63,786 nt of DNA, filler included, from Intoshia linei (GCA_001642005.1; 9 parts of 9 records of this genome joined end to end with filler, not necessarily neighbours in it); one strand, 5' to 3'. Positions 1 to 15,384 are shown, counted from the first letter of the whole stretch. The notes: generated from the letters alone by a model not told the origin. Program-made: numbers and translations.

Positions 1-1201
1 TTTCGTTCAGTGAAAATACGCTCAGAGCTTGACATTTGAAGAGTAAATTTAAGAATTATTATTATTACAACATATAATTTAATAGTTACAATGTTAACAT
101 TAATTGTATATTGGATAGTAGCATTTTTAAGTTAGATTTTCTTATTGGATTTATTTTTTTAGTAGAATAAAAATATTCTCTCGGCAGAGCTAGGTATAAT
201 ATACCTCTAAATAATTGTGTTTATTATCAGCAGATTTCATTCAGTCAAAATACACTCAGAGCTTGAGATTTTAAAAGTAAATTTAATGTGTTTTTTAAGT
301 AAATGTAAATTTTTAAAAACACGTTTTGAATGTTCAAAGAAAGACCATGCAAATACATTGAGAGAAGATGTAAAATGTCTAGAATTACAAAAAATGGCTA
401 TAGTAAATTAGTATATTCTAAATTTTAAAATTAAGTAACAGCATTATAGGATGCATGCCTGGACCATCAAAAATTGAGATTCTTCTTAAATATGAGATAT
501 TCTAAATATTATACTGCCCTCGGTAGAGCTAGGTGCTGTTTGTACGTAATACATAACAGCCAACCTAATGCAAGTATAATATGGGCTGGTTTAAAAAAAA
601 TAGTTGGTACAATAATTAGTGTCGTGATTATTTACCATGAGGTATTAAACTAAATTGGAACCAATTATTTATCAATATTTAAGTGCATGTGGATCTAGTC
701 ATATTAATTATATGACCAGACCTCCAAACACTTGAAGGTTGATTATAATTTTAAAACTGACGTTAAATATTTTAGTAATCTATGAGAATGAATTCAAAAA
801 TCATTAAATTGTAATACTCTATTGCTTTTAATAAATTCTGTATTGTTTCATTAATGAAGAATTATCTACCATTGAAATGGTCAATGACTATTCACCATAA
901 AAAAACAAATGAATAATAATTTGAATGGGTCATTCGTTTTGTTTATCGACATTATTGCTATAATTGTCTTGATCAATTGGTTATTTCATGCATGGAATCA
1001 GTAGCAGTGTTTTGTAATTGTCCACATTATATACTTAATAATATTACATTAGTTTTATGTCAAGTTTCAAGTACATTGTTTATTTCACGTACTCTGGTAT
1101 TAAATGTTACGTTTATGATTTATACATCATGTGTACATGCGAACAATAGATTAGACTAAACTAATGATTAGTTATAAACATTTATTATAAATTAATTAAC
1201 A

Positions 1202-4200
1202 CTATTCATTAGACGGCAATTCTTCTTCTACAGATTTAGTCTAAATTATGAATTTATTTTGTTGTATTCTGTATTGCATTATATTCTATTAGATGTAACC
1301 AGTACCGTGTCAAATCAAACCTAGATAGTTGGAAAATTTATGAAACAAAATTTTTTTAACAAGACAAAAAGTTTTAAATGATTTAAAAATAGTCGGTGGC
1401 AACAGGTTGAGAATCACTGACGAAGAGTATGTACTACATACTAGCTAGACTAGTTCTGCTACATGGGCCGAATCAATATTTGACACAATCCGATTACGAT
1501 CCAAAGTTTGTGTTGAGATTAAATTTATTTAAAGGCTAATATCGAATGATTTTTATCGATACATTTTAAAGTTCGTGCTTCAGACCGTGTAACTCTATTG
1601 GCGAATATATGTATTTTTCTTTATAATTAATAATTAAAAAAAAATATTGTTATTCTGGGCATGACAATATTTATCAAACTCTTAATTATATTAGTTTAAT
1701 TTATTTTATTTTAATTACATTTCCCCAGTTTTCAATTTCCTCAAACATTTTTTTTATTTTGCCGTCTCTTTCTCCTTTTTCTTCAATGATAATTTCAAAT
1801 TCTGCATCAATATCATTTACCATTTGTTTATAATTATCATTTTCCTAGAAATGTAAATACATGTATTATATGTATAAAAAACCATAAAATAATCTATAAA
1901 GCAGCTTTTCAAAATGGGGATGCGTGAAATAAATTAAAGGGTTCACGAAAAAATGTACAAAAAATATGATGGTTGTAATTTATTTGACAAATAAAACTCA
2001 ATTATAAAACTAGTGCCGAACTTACCAAGTTCTGGTCATTGGAAATGAAAAATAAGCCCTAAAAATATGCAATGGATGGGAAATGTCCTATAACCCCTGG
2101 CCATCTCTCCAAAGCCTTACAAGAGCCTCGACTTGAAATTTTAAATTTAACACAAAAAAGTTATGATATTCTAGAATATAATTTTTTAAATGCTTTTAAA
2201 ATATACATTGTACAGGGTAGATATGATTTATATTTTCAAATTATTTTATAATATTAAAATTTTACTTCTTCATCTAATGTAGCACTTTTAACCCTTTCTT
2301 TTAATTTCATTTCACGATGTCTAGTTTCAATTATTTTCTCACGACGTGTTTCACGTTCAAAAATCTAAACGAAAAAATTTAAACGTAATACACTTATCAA
2401 TATATTTTTAATTTATCCAGCAAATTGGATACATTTTTAGATTTGTATCAATTAGTTCCAATTTTTTCAGTAAATACCTGATAATTTAGCAATAAATAAA
2501 TTACAAGTATTATAATGCAAAATGAAAAGTTAATACATATAATGTATGATGATTTTTCTGTCGTGTAATCAAAAATGAAAGTACGGAATTTGTAGTTAAT
2601 TTTAATAAATGGGAATTGTGAAAAAAGAAAAATTTTTTAAATTTGATGGGCATTACATTGTACATTATACGTGTTGATTTCAATGATGGGTCATTATTAT
2701 AGTATCATCACCAGTGGCGGATTATGAACAACGTTAACTCCGATAATTTAACTCAAACTGATGTTACTAGTATAAAAAATAATACATAGATTAATGATCA
2801 TTTATCATTATATACATAAAACGTAAACGATGGGTTTTGAAAAATTTTGGAATTTTCACAACGTTAATACAGAAATTAAAATATTTTAGGGCATATTTGT
2901 CACGCCAGACCGGCCGCCCGGACCCCACTTAAATCCGCCACTGATCATCACCCTTAGGCAATAATACAATGTATACAATCCATATTATTGATAAATATAA
3001 CCATCCGGTCAGAATTGCGCAATGAGTTTACATTGCACCGTATAAACTCTAATTACACTTGTATACAATTGTAGAATGATTTGATATTAAAAATAAGCAA
3101 ATTAATACACTAGAAACTAAAGCCTTCTCGTTTCTTTGCATATTTACTAGTCCGTCTGATAACCTTAATAGTGTAGTAGTTCCATTTCTAGCTCCAGTTG
3201 CAATCAAAGCACCATTTTCACTTATTTTAGCGCAATATAGAGGACTATCAGTCACCTATAAAGTATACATTATCATTATATAAAAAATACACAAATATAA
3301 CGTAAATTATGGTAGTCGTTCCCAAATGAGGACTAGGCCAACCAATGGACCAATAAAAGTTAAAAGAGGTATGAGATTTCAGAATATTAATGTATTTTTT
3401 TAATTAAGTATTTAAGATCGTAATCATCCTTTCACTTATTTGGATTAACAATTTAAATTTTACAGACAAAACAGGTATGATATCCTTGTACAGTGGAATC
3501 TTGATAATACATTATTACATACAATGTATGATACAACTAAATTACACAATACAGTTATGCAATATTTTTTATTACTAAAACAACTTTAAAAATGAAAAAG
3601 TAATAAAATAAATATAGCGCATTCTTTAAATTCTTTAAACACGAGAACGAAACTTTTTAAAATTTAAAAAATCAATCAATATATTTGAAAAAATTGATAT
3701 TATCAAGAAGTTAGAAGGGAAATCAAACACAGCGGTAAACAAAATCTACTCTCCTTTACCCTTCGTTAAAAGTGTTTTACTCTATCATTCTTATATGCAT
3801 TGTATACAAAAAAAAAATTTTTTGAAATTGTAGGATCAATATTTTCAATTTTTATTTTAATCAAAATATTTGAAAAATATTGGTTGATAATATATTAAAA
3901 ATTATTTTTTACCGGAAATGCGTAGATTTCTGAGGTTGAAATTTTGTATTTATATCAACTGGAATAAGCTCTATCAGAATAAATTTTTTTTAATTTTCGG
4001 ACAGTTAATTATTTCACATTTTTTGTTTTAAAATATTTCGAAAAAAAATATATAATTACTAAAATGCTTTTTTGACCGTGAAGTCGTCACTTATTCAGAT
4101 TGAAATTTTTTTGTTTAACAGGATACAACTGCACCACCTGTAAATTTTTTTAAATTCTAGGGCTGTTTTCATTAAAAAAACAAGGCAATTTGGGGTTTTG

Positions 4201-6459
4201 GACCTGAAAATATAATTTTTTTAAATTTAAATTTATGATAATGTTTATGATTTTAACCCTTTCACTGTCTGACTCAATTTTATATGATATCATCACACGT
4301 CTGGAATTTATGTTTTAATTTAAACTTGTATTATTTTTAAATTACCTCTATGTGAAAATGTATGAAAATAAAAGAATAAAGTTTTTCAAAATTATTCTGT
4401 GTATATCATCGAATAGACAGACGTGTGAAGTGAAATTGCTGTGTATAGTATATAATACACAGACAGTAAAAGGGTTAAACTCCGTATCAGCGTATATATT
4501 TTTTTAAAATCTCCAACTCTTGATTTTCAAAAAAAAGGACATTTGGGGTTTTTCACCCGTAAGATGTGAGTTTGGGAGGTTGAAATGTGGACTTTATAAA
4601 ATTCTAACAATGGTAGTTATTGAACTAAACGCTAACACACAGATAAAAAATATTACGTAGCATATTACATATATAAGTAAGGATTTATAGCTTAAATTAT
4701 ATTAATTAATGTAAATAAATAAAATTAATAAAAAACTTATCCAAGGATATTGCATTGACATTAAATTTAATACACAAAATAGTTATGATATTCAAGAAAT
4801 TTTTTTATTTTTAAATTGTACGAACACGACTAAACGAAAAATGAAGTCCAATTTTACAGAAATTTCGAATCCAGTATAACCTAATTCTAATTAAAACCTA
4901 ACGTAATCTATTTTTAAACATTTTCCATATAAATTACTTGAATAGATAACGTTGGAGCTTTTTGTTTAAAAATCAAATCCCATATATCAACATATCCATT
5001 TTCTTTTGCTGTATAAAACACTCCAGGTCTTGTAGGACTCCAGCCACCCGACATTATTTGAGTTGAATCAAAACTACAAATTAAATAAAATATTACACAA
5101 ACAAACTGCAACTGAAACTGAGAAACTGAATTTCAAAACATCAATGAATAAATTAATTAGTTATTACTCAGTCCACCATATTGCATGATCTCGATGATCT
5201 TCAGACCAAATTCTTGCAGTCCAGTCACCGACAGTTAAAAAGTTTTTGATAAAGTATGGATTTCGTTGTAATGAATAAATTGCACCGTGATGTCCAGAAT
5301 ATACAGCCACAATTTTTTCTTGGGGTGTTTTTGCTTTTCGATTGCATGAAAAAATAGTTCCAAACTCTGTAGCCGCCATAAATTTTGTAGGCTAAAATCA
5401 ATAATTTATAATTAATTAAATCGAAATCAAAAAATTAAGTCTTAAAATTAAAGTTTCCTCGGCAGAGCTAGCTGCTGTTTGTACAAAGTACATAACAGTC
5501 CAGGTAGTATAATATAAAATGAGCAAATATAAATTTACAATGGTGCTTTCATATTCAAGACAATATGCACCATGTGCCTTGGTAGGATCGTTTTTCTTTG
5601 TCGGATCTAAGATTGTCTTTTCGATGGGTTCATTTAGCTTTCGTATGTCCCACCACAAAACACACCCGTCAGTTGATGTACTGAAAAATTCACTTCCTGA
5701 TTTAGACTGTAACCACAATGTACTGTATACTGGATCATGATGACTAACTGCAATTGGAGTTGATTCTACCGGTCTACTACCTTTTCTTGTATCCCAATAG
5801 GCTAAATTTTACAATTTTGGCTCATGATATTACACGATGAAATTGATTCTAGTCAGATTAAATTTAACCTCAATCAATTTTTACTAATACATGTAAATCG
5901 ATGCAAATAAATACTTTGATTCCAAATTAATTTTACAACTGCAAATTTATAAAGGTAACATAGTCTATTTCTTAACCCTTTCATACATTATGAGTCATAA
6001 TGTCGATCGAATGTCATACACAAAAATCGACCCAAAGCTACATTACCATATTTTGTGTAGTGAAGTAAATTACCACGTATTTGTGAATAATTCATTTACA
6101 TGATAAATTTGTAATGTCAAAAAAAGAAATTGATGTATGATATTATCATGAAAAATACATATTTGTCCATTCATTTGACCACCAACCAAAATATGCGAAT
6201 CTTTAGGATTATAATCCAAACAAATTAATGAAGAATTTGGTTTAAGTGACATTTCTGGTTTGCTTGGATTTTCTAAATAAAAAATTAAAATTTCAAAACT
6301 AACATTAAATATATACCAACATCCCAAATGTAGGAATTTTTAGATTGATTGGATTTATCACTTTGAAAATCAATAGTACAATAAGCAACAGCTATTTTTG
6401 TTGGACCATCCGTATACCATGAAATGTAATGCGCATTTCTAGGTTCTTCATTTGGATCT
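1202..6459 (-). CDS. DNAI2: Axonemal dynein intermediate chain 2 (WD40), multi-exon, 5' part missing (probably in the gap at 7430-7529)
   Basis: Spliced exons ~6459-6317, 6272-6159, 5801-5539, 5391-5167, 5073-4938, 3255-3109, 2364-2266, 1844-1719, 1240-1202 give [76 protein letters not shown], all characteristic of DNAI2/IC70. Confidence 0.93.
2712..2943. mobile_element. hAT-type MITE
   Basis: TIRs CAGTGGCGGATT / AATCCGCCACTG with perfect 8-bp TSD ATCATCAC (2704-2711, 2944-2951); inside a DNAI2 intron. Confidence 0.9.
3860..4685 (-). mobile_element. Dispersed non-autonomous repeat, Helitron-like 5' end (A|TCCTTACTTATA...). Related copies at ~18331-18600, 22345-22955, 30170-30290, 31320-31470, 35498-36030, 42403-42520, 54245-54350, 60590-60700
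   Basis: Shared blocks GACCGTGAAG..GTCACTTATTCAGATTGAAATTTT, AGGATACAACTG and TCCGTATCAG. Several copies start with TC after an A, followed by TGTCTG/TGTG microsatellite. Confidence 0.6.
4257..4474. mobile_element. piggyBac-type MITE nested in the Helitron-like repeat; partial second copy at 19404-19520
   Basis: TIRs CCCTTTCACTGTCTG / CAGACAGTAAAAGGG with TTAA TSD on both sides; empty site visible in the paralogous repeat near 22731 (gattttaaaatccgtatcag). Confidence 0.88.
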
Positions 6460-8263
6460 CTAAAAAGTTACATTGACAGGGATATTAAATGTAATTAATA
6501 TTGTAAGTAAATTAATGAAAAAATAAATAATAAAAGTAAAGTAAATTATTATTTCAAAAATACCACTTTTATCCCGACATTAATAAAATTTAATAATATT
6601 CAATAAAAAATACAATTTCAAACCCTTAGAGAAAAATACCATTTTACAATAATTTTTTATACGAATAATTATTATTCATTTTGTAATGTTAACACTTTAT
6701 CACTTTAATTTCATAGTACTTTTTGTAAATATTTTCATGAGAATGTTACAATTTTGTTATTTACAATGTTAGTAAATTTTATAATTTTTATTAAAATTTT
6801 CGCTATTTTATAAAATTAAAGATACAGTATTTTCTCTATAACTCGCCGTTCTTGGGATTTAGAAAAAGTTAACGAGATATGGAATTTAGCGAGATAGAGA
6901 ATTGAAAATTATATAAAAAGCAAATAAAACCTTTACATTAAAGGTTACATTGCAATAAAATGTTAATTGTAAAATTTAATAAAAAATAATTAACATCTAT
7001 CGCAGGGGTGCACAACCTTTCCACCAATTCAGCCACAATGCTACTTTTCTCATTGGTGCCTCGGTCGTACAAAATTTACTTCGACATTGAGAAATTTTAC
7101 TCTAGAATCCAGAGTCTGGACCTAAATTTTAGGTCTAATAAAATAGTTTTCTTTAAATTTTAATACATTATTGTATCAGCAAGTTATAATTAATAATTTT
7201 CAATTAAAATTAATCCTTAATTCACTCATATAAATTAACACCACATTTGTCATTTATCTGAATCGGAATAAATAGTAATACCGTAATAGTAGTAGGATTA
7301 ATGCAGTGCTTCTCATGGGGGTGACTGGTCACCCCAAGGGGTGAATACGAAAATTTAGATGATTGTAGGCTAATGTACAATTTTCAACATATTTCATTAA
7401 ATCATCCAATTTAATATAGTCTTATGAGANNNNNNNNNNNNNNNNNNNNNNNNNNNNNNNNNNNNNNNNNNNNTTAATTAATTAANNNNNNNNNNNNNNN
7501 NNNNNNNNNNNNNNNNNNNNNNNNNNNNNTAAAAACTATGCTCATGTCATCTAGATATGAATTAAATACAGGAAACATTGCAATATTACGTTGATCCATT
7601 TTCTTTATCCATAATTGAACTTTCGAAACTTTGATGAACTTTTTTATAACTGAATATCGATATGATATTTATTTATTATTTATTTTATTGTTAAAAAAAG
7701 GTTATCTTTATTTTATTTAAAATTTTTCTTGTGTACCACCTAGAATTTCCTGTGGACCACTTTGGGAACCACTGATCTCATTCCTTATTAACGGTATTTT
7801 TGTTAGCTGAAATTCCATTTTAGCTTTGTTTTATTTCTATAAATAAATAGATCTCCAAAAACTGCTTTCACATAGAAGGCATGAGTATCATAATACTTAT
7901 ACTTAATTGACTAATAAATAATTATTTATTATTCAAATTTTATTGAAGACTCTGAGTTTGGGAGTTGTTTCCAATCATAACTGCGATCATATTAATCATA
8001 ATTACGAAATTGAATTAAAATAAATCTGAGTTGGAGACCTTGAATGAAAATCCTAATAAAAATTACCACGGTAACAATAAGAAATTATAACGTATAAATT
8101 TTAATTTCATCTATTATTTACATATGTGAAACAAAATAGCATTTAACTTGAAAATTTAGATCTTAAGAAAAAGAACGATAAATCTATATTTAACAGATTT
8201 CGCTCATTTTTTAATCAGAAAAATAAATCTAAAAGAAAATTTTCCTTATATTCTACCGAAATT

Positions 8264-11200
8264 GTGGAGAATGATGATATATCGCCACAAATTATGAATA
8301 AAAAAATAAAGAAACCAAAATCATCTAAACAACTAGTAAAAGAGAAAGAGAAAGAAAAACCAACAAAAAATGAAGACGAAAAAAATACAAAAAATAATCA
8401 AGTAGTGAAACCACTTGCTAAATTACCACTTGCTAAAAGATACTCTGAAAATATAAAATCACTGTCTCCTTCCGGTTGTGATTATTATTTGAATAATTTA
8501 CGAGAATTTGACGTGAAATCGTCTAGTAAATTTAAATCTACAAATTTTCTAGTTAAAAACAATAAAAAAATTAGTTTTAAAAGTACCGACAAATATAGTA
8601 AATCTCAATCCCTTATTAACAAGAGTTTCATGAAAAGTAAAAATATTGCTAAATCTGAAACCAACTTAAAGTCAAAAAAATATGCAATTTCTCTAAATAA
8701 TTATAATTTTGATAATGTTACGGACATGTTTAATGTCGGTAGAAACAATGAACGAGTTTTATCATCTTCTAATCATGATGTTAATTCTTCTAAAAATGAA
8801 AAATGTCTTCAAAAACATAAAATGATATCTCATTACGATTGGATTAGTGCAACCTTTTCTTTGGAAAACGTTTATAATAATATTAAAGATTGTAATTCTG
8901 CAATTTCTATGGATTCTGGTATACCCATTACCCGTCAACATTCAAAAATAATGAAATCTCCCATTCAGTACCAAACAAATGGAAATAGTGTCAAATCCTC
9001 AAAAATTTTTAATGAGGATAATCATAGCATTAAAATAAAGAAAAAGAGTAAGCATTTCTCTAAAAATTTCACTGCTAATAAAAATTCCATTCCCGTTTCG
9101 TTTAATGAACTGCCTCAAGATTATAGATTGATACACATGTCCAATATATTGAAGGATCATGATGTTCAACTTAAATTGATAAACAACACTCAAGAGTCTT
9201 TTAAAAACAACAAACTCTTATGCGCCATTCCTTATTTAAAATTTTCCAAACTATGTTCGTTTGAGGACAAAAGCGAAAATTTCAGTAATACTTCCAATAA
9301 TGATGGATATACTGGAATTACTGTCATACAAACATCAAGTATGCTGGATATTCACATGACTGACAAATATGAGTCCGACAAAGCTTTAATTATGGAATCT
9401 CAAAAATATTTTATTGAAATTGGTCGAGAACCCTACCATTATATTTATTTAAACCGCACCTCTCCGGATTACATTAAAAACGCAAATCAATATGCTCCAG
9501 AATGGTTAATACCTGATAAAAATTGCTTGTCTCTAGGTATTGTAGAATTTTCAAACAATTCTGCCGTTTCAAAACATCATATGGAAATGTTTTATACTGG
9601 CAACAACGTTTTTGGTTCCAAATTATGCAACCCACCGCTATTGCATTCAAACACCAGAGTCAATATTTTTAATAATACCTATAAATTTGAATATTTTGAT
9701 ACTGGTTGTAATTACTATCGAAATTTTTTTGCTTATCGAGATCATATTAACTATGCTTGTATCGATGAAAAATATGGACCTGTTATAATTAGCATTGTAC
9801 GTGAACTCGTGGATCCAGTCAATATGGATGACGAAGAGAAATTGTTAGCTTTCGAAATTGGATCTAAGAATGTCGCCTATCAATGTAGAGTTATCGTTCG
9901 TACGTCAGATGTAATTTTTACTTTAAAAACGTAAAATAGGATTTTAAATGTGGGGCAGTGTATTATTTTTTAATGTTATTTGTATTACCATGTCCCTTTA
10001 ATTCCTAAAATATTAATATCGTAAATACAATAAATTTAAATCAAATCCGTTTTAGTGGGTTGCTGTATCTAAATTTTAAAATAATTTGTTTCATAAACGG
10101 GGATTAGTCGGAATCTCATTTCGATTCTTAAAATTTTTCTGGATTTCACTTTTTTTTAAGTATCCATCACCAAAAATGATATATAATATCGACTTTAAAA
10201 GTAATTAGTCAATTTTACTGCGAAAGGAAATGGCTATTTATTGACATCAGTGAATTTTTTGAAGCTTGAAGATAATTTAGAGTCCAAAATTTTGGAGGGT
10301 TATTATTTTCCAAATCTTTAAAAATTGGGTAAAAAATTTAAAATTTTCCCTGAAGCAACCAAAAAAATTTCGTGAAAAAATTAATATGATAAATTAGTAA
10401 GATCGATTATTATGTCGCTTTAAGATGTATCGCTTTTCAGCAGTGGTAACCGATTCAAATAGTGTATGGAGTCCGTACTACGGTTCCCCATTTCAAAATA
10501 TTCATTTTTTTGGATCTAAAAGGAAACATGAAATATACAACATTGATGAAAAAATTATAGGTTTTTCTCATAAGATTTGTTTTAATCGTGTATTGCATAA
10601 AAATATCGAAAAAAGAGTATTTTCCCCTAATTTAGATTTGTATAATTGGATTTTTGAAAAAATATTGGAGAAAGGAGATTTTCTCTTAAATTAGGTTGGT
10701 AAAATTGGATTGTTTGTTTTGAATTGAGTAGTTGCTCATAAGATTTGGTAAAATCGGATTTTTTCCTGAGGGTTTGAAATGGTATTTTTTATTAAATTTA
10801 TTAATGGTGGGATTTTTGAAATAATAATGTAGCGGTCGTCTAGGCTTTAGGATAAATTCACAATATGTAGCAACTTTAATAAATATTAAAATTGAAAATT
10901 AATTAAATTTAATTTAATTAATTAATTAAAATTGATATTGCAATTGAAATTGTACTAACATTCAAATATATAAAATTGTATTATATTTTTGAATTTTATA
11001 ACTATTTTTGTGTTAAATATTAAAATATCAGGATAAGAGCGTTATCGAGGTGACTAGATATATTCAGGGCTGTTAGACCCAGCCCAAATAATAATTGTAG
11101 TTCATATAAATTTTGTTTAAAAAATGGCACCTCTATGCATTGAGTAATCGACCGTTCATTATCTAAAAATTAAAAATAACCTTTGGAAATCGTATTGGTT

Positions 11201-14200
11201 ATCAAAATTTTGGTATGCTTAAGAAATTTTTCAACATTACCTATTAATAAATTAAATAAGTAGACCCATCATGATTATAGACCCGGGCCATATGTCCCTA
11301 TCCCCTCTCCACGGCCCTGGCTATATGATATTACGCATAGTTTGTGAATTTTTTTACGAGTTTATTTTTCATTCTCGGGTAGTCTCGATCTCGGTAGGAT
11401 CTGCTTCATCGTGCAGGATTACAATTATTATTAGATTGTATATTTTTTAAGGTTTTTATTTTTTGAGAACTTGCGAAAAACAGCCAGAAAATTAAGTTCA
11501 TTTAGCAAAAACTCAGTTTTTTGGAACTCAATAAATCAGAATCGAATCGCTAAAACAATATTCACAAAAATGAAGAAAAATTGATTAGTTTCGATAGAAT
11601 ATAGAATGTTAATTTGTCAGATGAAAATATAGTTTTTTTTAGCATCTAAAAATTGGTCATTTTTTGGAGGCAGTCACCTTTACGAACTGATCAGTTATCG
11701 AGCGGAATTTTCTTAACTTTTTATTTTATCGTTAATTCCATTCACTGATTACAAACATTTTTTGTATTGTATGGTATTTTAATACATGTTTAATAATATT
11801 ATTTAATTTTAATTATAATATTAGTCCGTGTGTCTTCGTATTGCGATACCAGAATCTAAATTATATAGTGCAAACTATAGTATAAAAAATGGCGTATCCC
11901 ACAAAATTTTACTAAACTATATATTAAACGATTTTCGTGTAAATAATTTGAAACAATGTATTCTCAATGAAAAATCAATCGATGCATTATTGAATTTAGA
12001 TGAATATTGGGTAAATTTATAATGTTTGAATCAACAATATTTTTTAATTTAGATTCATTCAAAATACAGATTTGGTGTTTTGTATTGCAAAGAAGGGCAG
12101 ATTGAAGAATCAGATTTTTATAATAATGGTATACTTTTTAATTTATGTTTGTTTATTTAATGTTTTAGTCACTGCTAGCCCGGCATTTGAAAAATTTCTG
12201 AGAATATTGGGTAAAAAGGTAAAATTGAAAGGATTCAAAGGATTCGACGGTGGTTTAGATGTGTCAGGTATAATTATACACAATAAAACAGCCGTTAGTA
12301 AACATTTTTAGGAAATTGTACGTCTGGTGAATACACCATTTATACAAAATACTGTAACAAAGAAGTCATGTTCCATGTTTCAACCATGTTACCGCATCGA
12401 GCATCGGATTCGCAATATGTAAGTAGCAACTGAAATGAATTGAATTTAAATCTAGTTATTAAGAAAAAGACACATTGGAAACAATGTAGTAACGATTGTT
12501 TTTCAAGAAGAAAAGTCAGAACCATTCGATCCTAGCAAAATCATATCTAAATTACAACAAATTTTCATTGTAGTTCGTATTATCCGCTCCAAAGCCAATG
12601 AAGTATCGTATAGGTTTCATTTTTTAATTTTTATATTTCAAATTTTAAATTTTAAATAAATTGCGTTTATTTTATAGAATTGCGGTTGTGAGATCTTCGA
12701 GCATACCTTATTTTGGCCCACCTCTAGAATATAAACAAACTTTTAAACACAACCAGAACCTAAGAGATTACATACTCACCAAAGGTATTCTTAATATTTC
12801 CATTCGGATTCACCTAGAGATGGACCACAATATGTGGGGTCGAAATTTATTTTATCAAATGAGATTGTAGTTATAAGTTTATAATATATAACTTCATAAA
12901 AATGTCAAACCTCCATATATTTCTACCAAATGAAGAAACATTATGGAAAAATTTGTAATTTTTCCTATCACCCCAGTATTTTGATGCATTTAAACTAGGT
13001 TTAAACAGGACACCGTTGAAAATGTCCATCCTGGATCAAATATCTAATGTTTTTGCTGCATACTTTTCTTTTTTCTTAATTTTAAATACAACGACAAAAC
13101 TTGACAAACCTGAGATGCCCGCACCCAGTTTGAGATTTAGTGTTCTATGATACGAAATACTAATTTAGTTTACAATTAGATTAATTATATTTGGTTATTT
13201 TGTTTTATTAGCGGTCAATGCTGAAAATGCAGCTTCTCAAATCAACAAATTAAAGGATATTAAAATTCGCCATAGACTCAATAACCTTAAATCTTTCTTC
13301 AACGAATATGCAATAAACAAAGGCGTGATTCATTACTCAAAAATGAACAGTTTAAAAACTTACTTTACAAAAACAATTACACAACGATTGCCGTATTATA
13401 AGAGTTCTAGTTGTATTTACTGGAACGTGATAGTTTTGTTGTTATAGACTATGTTAATACCATTTTAGGTGAGAGATATAATTGGATCACAAATCTACCA
13501 TTGCAAATTATGCATCTCACCTTTGTATATTTTTTTAATTGACAATTATTATCAAAAGTTGATTGTCGTTTTAAACACCTCTTGTCTTATCGCTTGGACA
13601 AAAATACTAAAAGAGTAATTGATCATTAATGTTATAGTCAATACTTTTAAATTTTAGAATTTGCATTTATTATAACAAGGGCGAATGTATATTAATGTAT
13701 GTTGAACATATTTATGAAGTTTATGAAATTGAAACTCGTCTGATGCAGATCTCCAATGCTAGTCATGTAAGTGTGCTATTTACTTGATAATGTTATCAAT
13801 AGACCATCAATGTATTGTACAACAACGAAAAAAGCTCAATTAAGTTGAACAAAAAGTTTCCTATCGTTGAATACGTAAAACGCAACAGTGTGCCACACCT
13901 AAATGGTATTACTGTTGGGTGTATGTTCCTCCGATTATTAACTCCCAAAACTATGAATATCGGTACATATATTTTTTATTTTGTCATTTTTATATTTGCA
14001 GACACTAATTTGATACACAATAAAAACAACTACTTATTGAATAACTTAAACATGGCAGATATTTGTAAACATTTAAAGGACGACAAAATTATAAATGCAG
14101 TTGTAGCTAAAAATACAATTTCTATATATTCCTTGGTGTATCTAAACTACTGTAGTAAAATGATTTCATTTTTTTAGAAATTTTGATAAAAAAATAATGG

Positions 14201-15384
14201 GAAAGCATTCACGTTCCACCACACAAATTGAACGTTATAATACCATTAATGATGCCAAATTACTACTTTACGGTAAAACATTATCTAAAATGGAATACAA
14301 AAAACCAATATTATTAAACGAATTCAAATTTAATACGTTGGACAATGATGAGACGTATTCCAAAAAGAGTGCTTCTTTTCAACGGTTGAAAAGATTTATA
14401 ATGAGCGACAAAAACGAAACATTAAATAACATGGATAATGTTTTAATGGATGATAGATTCAATACGGATCGAAGTTATAAAACTATGATTCAATCCAATA
14501 AAATAATGCGTAGCCTCAACACTAATTCTGTTCCAATTGTTAAAAATTCAAATCGGTTTTCTGCATTCATCAAGGAAAATATATTTAGGAAAAGAAACGA
14601 CAAAGACGTCATATTTAACGCTAATTATTCTGGTAAATGTGTTGGTATTTTATTTACATGCAACATTTAGTTAAAGAAAAATATAATAAAAATTCCATTA
14701 TCAGAAGAATAAAATCCATGAGGCTTATGATACCTTTATGTAAATATTGTTAAATTTGTCGATTAACCGTATTTTAGCAAAGAAATGTAGTAACGCATCT
14801 TCCCAATCAAAATGTTCAAAGTAATGATACTTTAATGGTTTTTTAATTTTATTCTAGTATTAATGAAAACTTTTCTAAAACCGAAACTCGTCAAGTATTA
14901 CTATTTACGTTATATTTACGAAGGATGGTACCAGCAATTATCAAAAATTAATTTTATGTAAGGGTTCCCAAGCGGAGTAATATTACTCCGTTAATGTCTG
15001 ATTACGGCTTAATTTTCACCGATAGCAAAGTGTGAGAACTAAAGGCATTGGAGGTTTGTGGTGATTTTTTTGGATGTGAATATTATTATTTAAATTTTTT
15101 TACAAAATAGTAAGAACTGTATATATCGTGTTAGAAAACAACTCGATCAACCCTGTACTATCGTATTAATGTATTTTTCTATAAATACAGTAAAGCGTAC
15201 TATATGACTTACTAAGATAACTATTTTTATTATGTATAGATTAAAACAGTACTGCTGGTACCACCAGGATTATTTGTGTTTTTGTGTATTCATTTTTTAG
15301 TCGTTAATAAAGAAAAAAGAAGATAAACTAAGAGATATTGCCAAAAACATTGATGAAGATGCCGTTAAAAATGTTTACCTATGA
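8264..15384 (+). CDS. SIPA1/SIPA1L-like Rap GTPase-activating protein, multi-exon; start and 3' exons approximate
   Basis: FEYFDTGCNYYRNFF..HINYACIDEKYGPVIISIVRE, CRVIVRTSD, KYRFGVLYCKEGQ..E..FYNN, SPAFEKFL..LG.KVKLKGF, EVMFHVSTMLP, LLRKRHIGNNVVTIVFQE, VNAENAA across spliced exons. Confidence 0.85.
11065..11319. mobile_element. hAT-type MITE (degenerate)
   Basis: Ends CAGGGCTGT / ACGGCCCTG; flanks gatatatt / gctatatg (6/8 match). Confidence 0.55.
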
